Shown here: piece by piece, positions 60,759-64,000 of the stretch | Layout of the letters: the number at the start of each line of letters is the position of its first letter | How positions within the stretch are numbered: position 1 is the first letter of the stretch | From: the human T2T-CHM13v2.0 reference genome, Homo sapiens | DNA: 64,000 bases | NCBI RefSeq assembly: GCF_009914755.1 | Contig: NC_060932.1 | Strand: one strand, 5' to 3' | The notes under the pieces: model-generated | The model's database searches: none | Seen by the model: the letters and a program-made list of their open reading frames with translations, nothing else | Told to the model about the DNA's origin: nothing | Made by a program: the position numbers and the translations under genes

Positions 60759-62170
60759 CTTTATGGCCCAAAATACAGTTTATCGTTGCAAATGTTTTGG
60801 ATAAACTTGTGAACAAATACGTATTCTACTCTTTTTAGGTAGAGTGTTCTATAAATGCAATTAGGTCAAGTTGCTTAACAGTTACTCAAGTCTACTATAT
60901 CTTTGATGATTTTCTGTCCACTTCTATCAATTATTGACAGGGGTTACTAAAATCTCCAATTATGACTGGATTTCTCAATTTCTCCTTGCATTTCTATCAG
61001 GTTTTGTTTCATGTGTTTTGAAGCTCTGTTATTAGGTGCATAAACATGTAACATCATTATGTCCTCTTAACTGACCTCTTTACCATTATAAATGAAATGA
61101 CCTTCTTTATCCCTGGAAATATTCCTTGCTCTCAAATATACTTTAATATTAATATAGCCACTCCAAGTTGCTTTTGACTAGGTTACCATATTATATCTTT
61201 TCCCATTCTTTCACTTTTAACCTGTTTGTTTACAAACTATTTCTTGTAGGCAAGCATATAGTTGGATCTTGCTTTTATATCCAATCTGACAAATTCAGCC
61301 TTTAAACTGGAGTGTTTAGACAATTTACATTTAGTGTGACTATTCATATGGTTAGGTTTGATTCTATCATCTTGCTATTTATTTTATATTTTTCCCATTT
61401 GGTGTTTGTTCCTTTTTTCTTCTTTTTGGACTTCTGTTGAATTATTTTGTGTGACTCCATTTTATCTCCTTTTTATTGGCTTATTAGTTGTAACTCTCTA
61501 TTTTGCTATTTTAGGGGCTAGAGTTTACAGTATACATTTTTAACTTACCACAGTCTATCTTCCAGTGATATTATCACCTCACACAGAGCAAAAGAATCTT
61601 ATAACAGTATACCTCCATTTCTCCCTCCCTGCCTTTTAGCTATTGTTATCATGCATTTTACTTTTAGATAAGTTATAAACCCCACAACAGCTTGTTAATA
61701 TTTTTGCTTTAAGCAGTCACTTATCTTTTAAGGAGATTTAACTGATAAGAAAAAAAATCTCATGTATTTACCCAAGTAGTTACCATTTCTAGTGTTCTTT
61801 CTTTCATGTAACTCCATATTTGCATCTGGTATCATTTTCCTGCTGTCTGAAGAATTGCTTTTAAATTTTCTTCCAGAGGGGAAATGTTAGCAATAAATTC
61901 TTTCTGCTTCTGTGTTGTAAACATCTTTATCTCATCTTTATTTTAGAAACATATTTTTGTCAGATACAGAATTATAGATTGACATTTTTCATCTTTCAGT
62001 ACTTTAAAGATGCTTCCCCAGTTTGCTTGCTTATATCGTTTCTGATAAATCTATTAAGATAATCATCTTTATCTTTCTTCCTCTACACACAAAATGACCA
62101 TATCTCTTTCTCTGACTGCTTTTCAGATTTTCTCTTTATCATTTGCTTTCAACAATTTGATTATAATGTA

Positions 62171-62805
62171 CAGTAAGTCCTCACTTAACATCATCAATAG
62201 GTCCTTGGAAGCTGCAACTTCAAGTGAAACAAAGTAGAACAGAACCCAATTTACCATGGTCCAATCGACATAAACAAGTGTTAAGTTCCTACAGTGTATT
62301 TCTAGTTACAAAAACATCACCGAACTTCTAATACCAAAACACTTCTAATATTAAACAATGAAATGAATGTGAGCTACACATACACTTAAGAAAGATTAAT
62401 AAAAACAAGTAAGATAATTATTCACCCAATTTTTCTAGTTCAGGGTCACAGGTGGTCAGAGCGTATCCTAGCCGCTCAGGGCACAAGGCAGAAACCAGCC
62501 TTAGACAGAATGCTATTCCACACTAGAGTGCGTGCGTGCCCACACACCCACACACACACACACACATACACACACACACACAACAGACTAACTCATACTG
62601 GAACAATCTAGAGAAGCCAATTAACCTAATGCTCACATCTCCCTAATGTGGGAGGAAACTGAAGTCCCAAAGAAAACCCATGCAGACATGGGAAGAACAT
62701 GAAAACATCACACCAATACTGGCCCCAGCCAGGAATCAATTCTTTTTCTCTCATCAACATTATGACAAAATGATGTTGAAAGAAACATTATTTGAGGACC
62801 TGCTA
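62171..62805 (-). mobile_element. MER6-like Tigger DNA transposon containing a (CA)n tract (~62540-62583)
   Basis: TA|CAGTAAGTCCTCACTTAAC ... ATTATTTGAGGACCTGCTA TIRs. Confidence 0.8.
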
Positions 62806-63825
62806 TACCTTGGTGTAGTTTTATGTTTCTTATACTTAAAACTCATTCAACTTCTTTATCTGTAGATTTATGGCTTAAGTCTAAAACATTTTTGGCCATT
62901 ATTTCTTAAAATATATTCTTCTGTATATTATGTCCCTTGAGAACTACAATTATTCATCTATTTGGCTGCTTGAGTGTGTCCCACAGCTCACTGACTTTTT
63001 TTTCTTCTTTCTCTATGCTTCATTCTGGATGGTTTCTATTGCTCTGCCTTCAAGTTCATTCATAATTTTTTCTGCAATGTCTAATTTACCATTAATCTCA
63101 TACCGTATATTTTTCATCTCAGTTGTAGTTTTCATCATTGTAAGTCTGATATGGGTCTTTTTGTCTCTTCTGTATCTCTAACTTTTTGAATACATGGAAT
63201 ACAGTTATAATGTTTTAATGCCCTCTGCTAATTCTATCATCTGTGTCAGTTCTGTGTCAATTTTGACGGAAGATTCTCATAATTATGGGTCATATTTCAT
63301 GCTTCTTTGCATACATGGTAATCTTTAACTGAATGACATACCTTGTTAATTTTACCTTGCTATATGACTCCTATAAATCTTTTTGGACTTTGTCCAGGCA
63401 TACAGTTGAGTAATTTGGAAATAGTTTGTTCCTTTCAAGTCTTGCTTTTATAATTTACTAGTTCGCTCCAGAGCAGCAACATCTTCTCAACTCAGAGTCT
63501 GCCAGACTCCACATCTCAGTTTCTACTCTCTATGTCACATCCTGGAAAATCTCTCAGTGCAGTAGGCCTGGGGCAATTGTAGGACTCACCTTGTTTGTTT
63601 CTTCTCTCTCAAGAATCACTTGATTCTTGAGATTAAGACCTGAATGTCTTAATCATTGTTGTTTCTACATATTTTGCTTTTTTGGAGAAGAGGGGTAGGA
63701 TTGTTTCAAGAGGACAGTAAACACGATCCTTGTTACACCACATGGACCAGAGGCAAAAGTCCCCATCCGTCCTTCTTATTTAATCTATCTGTATCTATTT
63801 GAGTTTCTTGTAAACATCATAAATA

Positions 63826-64000
63826 TACCGTCCCTGACTTACGATGGTTCACCTTATGATTCAACTTTACCATAGTGACAAAGTGATATGCACTCAGTAG
63901 AAACCATACTGAAGTACCTATATAAGCATTCTATTTTTCACTTTCAGTATCACATTCAATAAATTATAATGAGATATTTAACACTTTATTATAAAATAGG
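63826..64000. mobile_element. MER47/Tigger5-like fragment running off the window end
   Basis: GTCCCTGACTTACGATGGTTCA...TTCAATAAATTA...AACACTTTATTATAAAATAGG. Confidence 0.75.

Overview
Primate, most likely human, intronic DNA from the STAU2 (Staufen-2 dsRNA-binding protein) gene, transcribed on the minus strand. Three coding exons are visible with canonical AG/GT boundaries and matching phases: 48918-48788 (ATG at 48901), 28547-28388 and 12969-12834. Together they encode MANPKEKTAM...RGMYNQ(R), i.e. dsRBD1 and the start of dsRBD2. The rest is a dense patchwork of transposable elements: about 33 Alus, two near-full-length decayed L1s antisense to the gene (L1PB-like ~18985-26487, L1MA-like ~34272-42350), older L1M/L2/MIR fragments, MaLR and MER21 LTRs, and DNA transposons. 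Nearly all ORF-track entries are Alu/L1 artefacts. I find no support for a new multi-gene system. The most unusual signals are DNA-repair scars: a 389-bp near-perfect copy of the neighbouring L1 pasted 7.2 kb away, a second templated insertion with a fold-back junction, several perfect hairpins and short tandem duplications. There is also a tiny TSD-flanked retro-insertion and a possible Alu 3' transduction. RNA-level candidates include inverted Alus around exons, a circRNA ORF, tandem acceptors and an in-frame 36-nt micro-exon. Repeat subfamily names come from my recollection of consensus sequences, and repeat boundaries are approximate.
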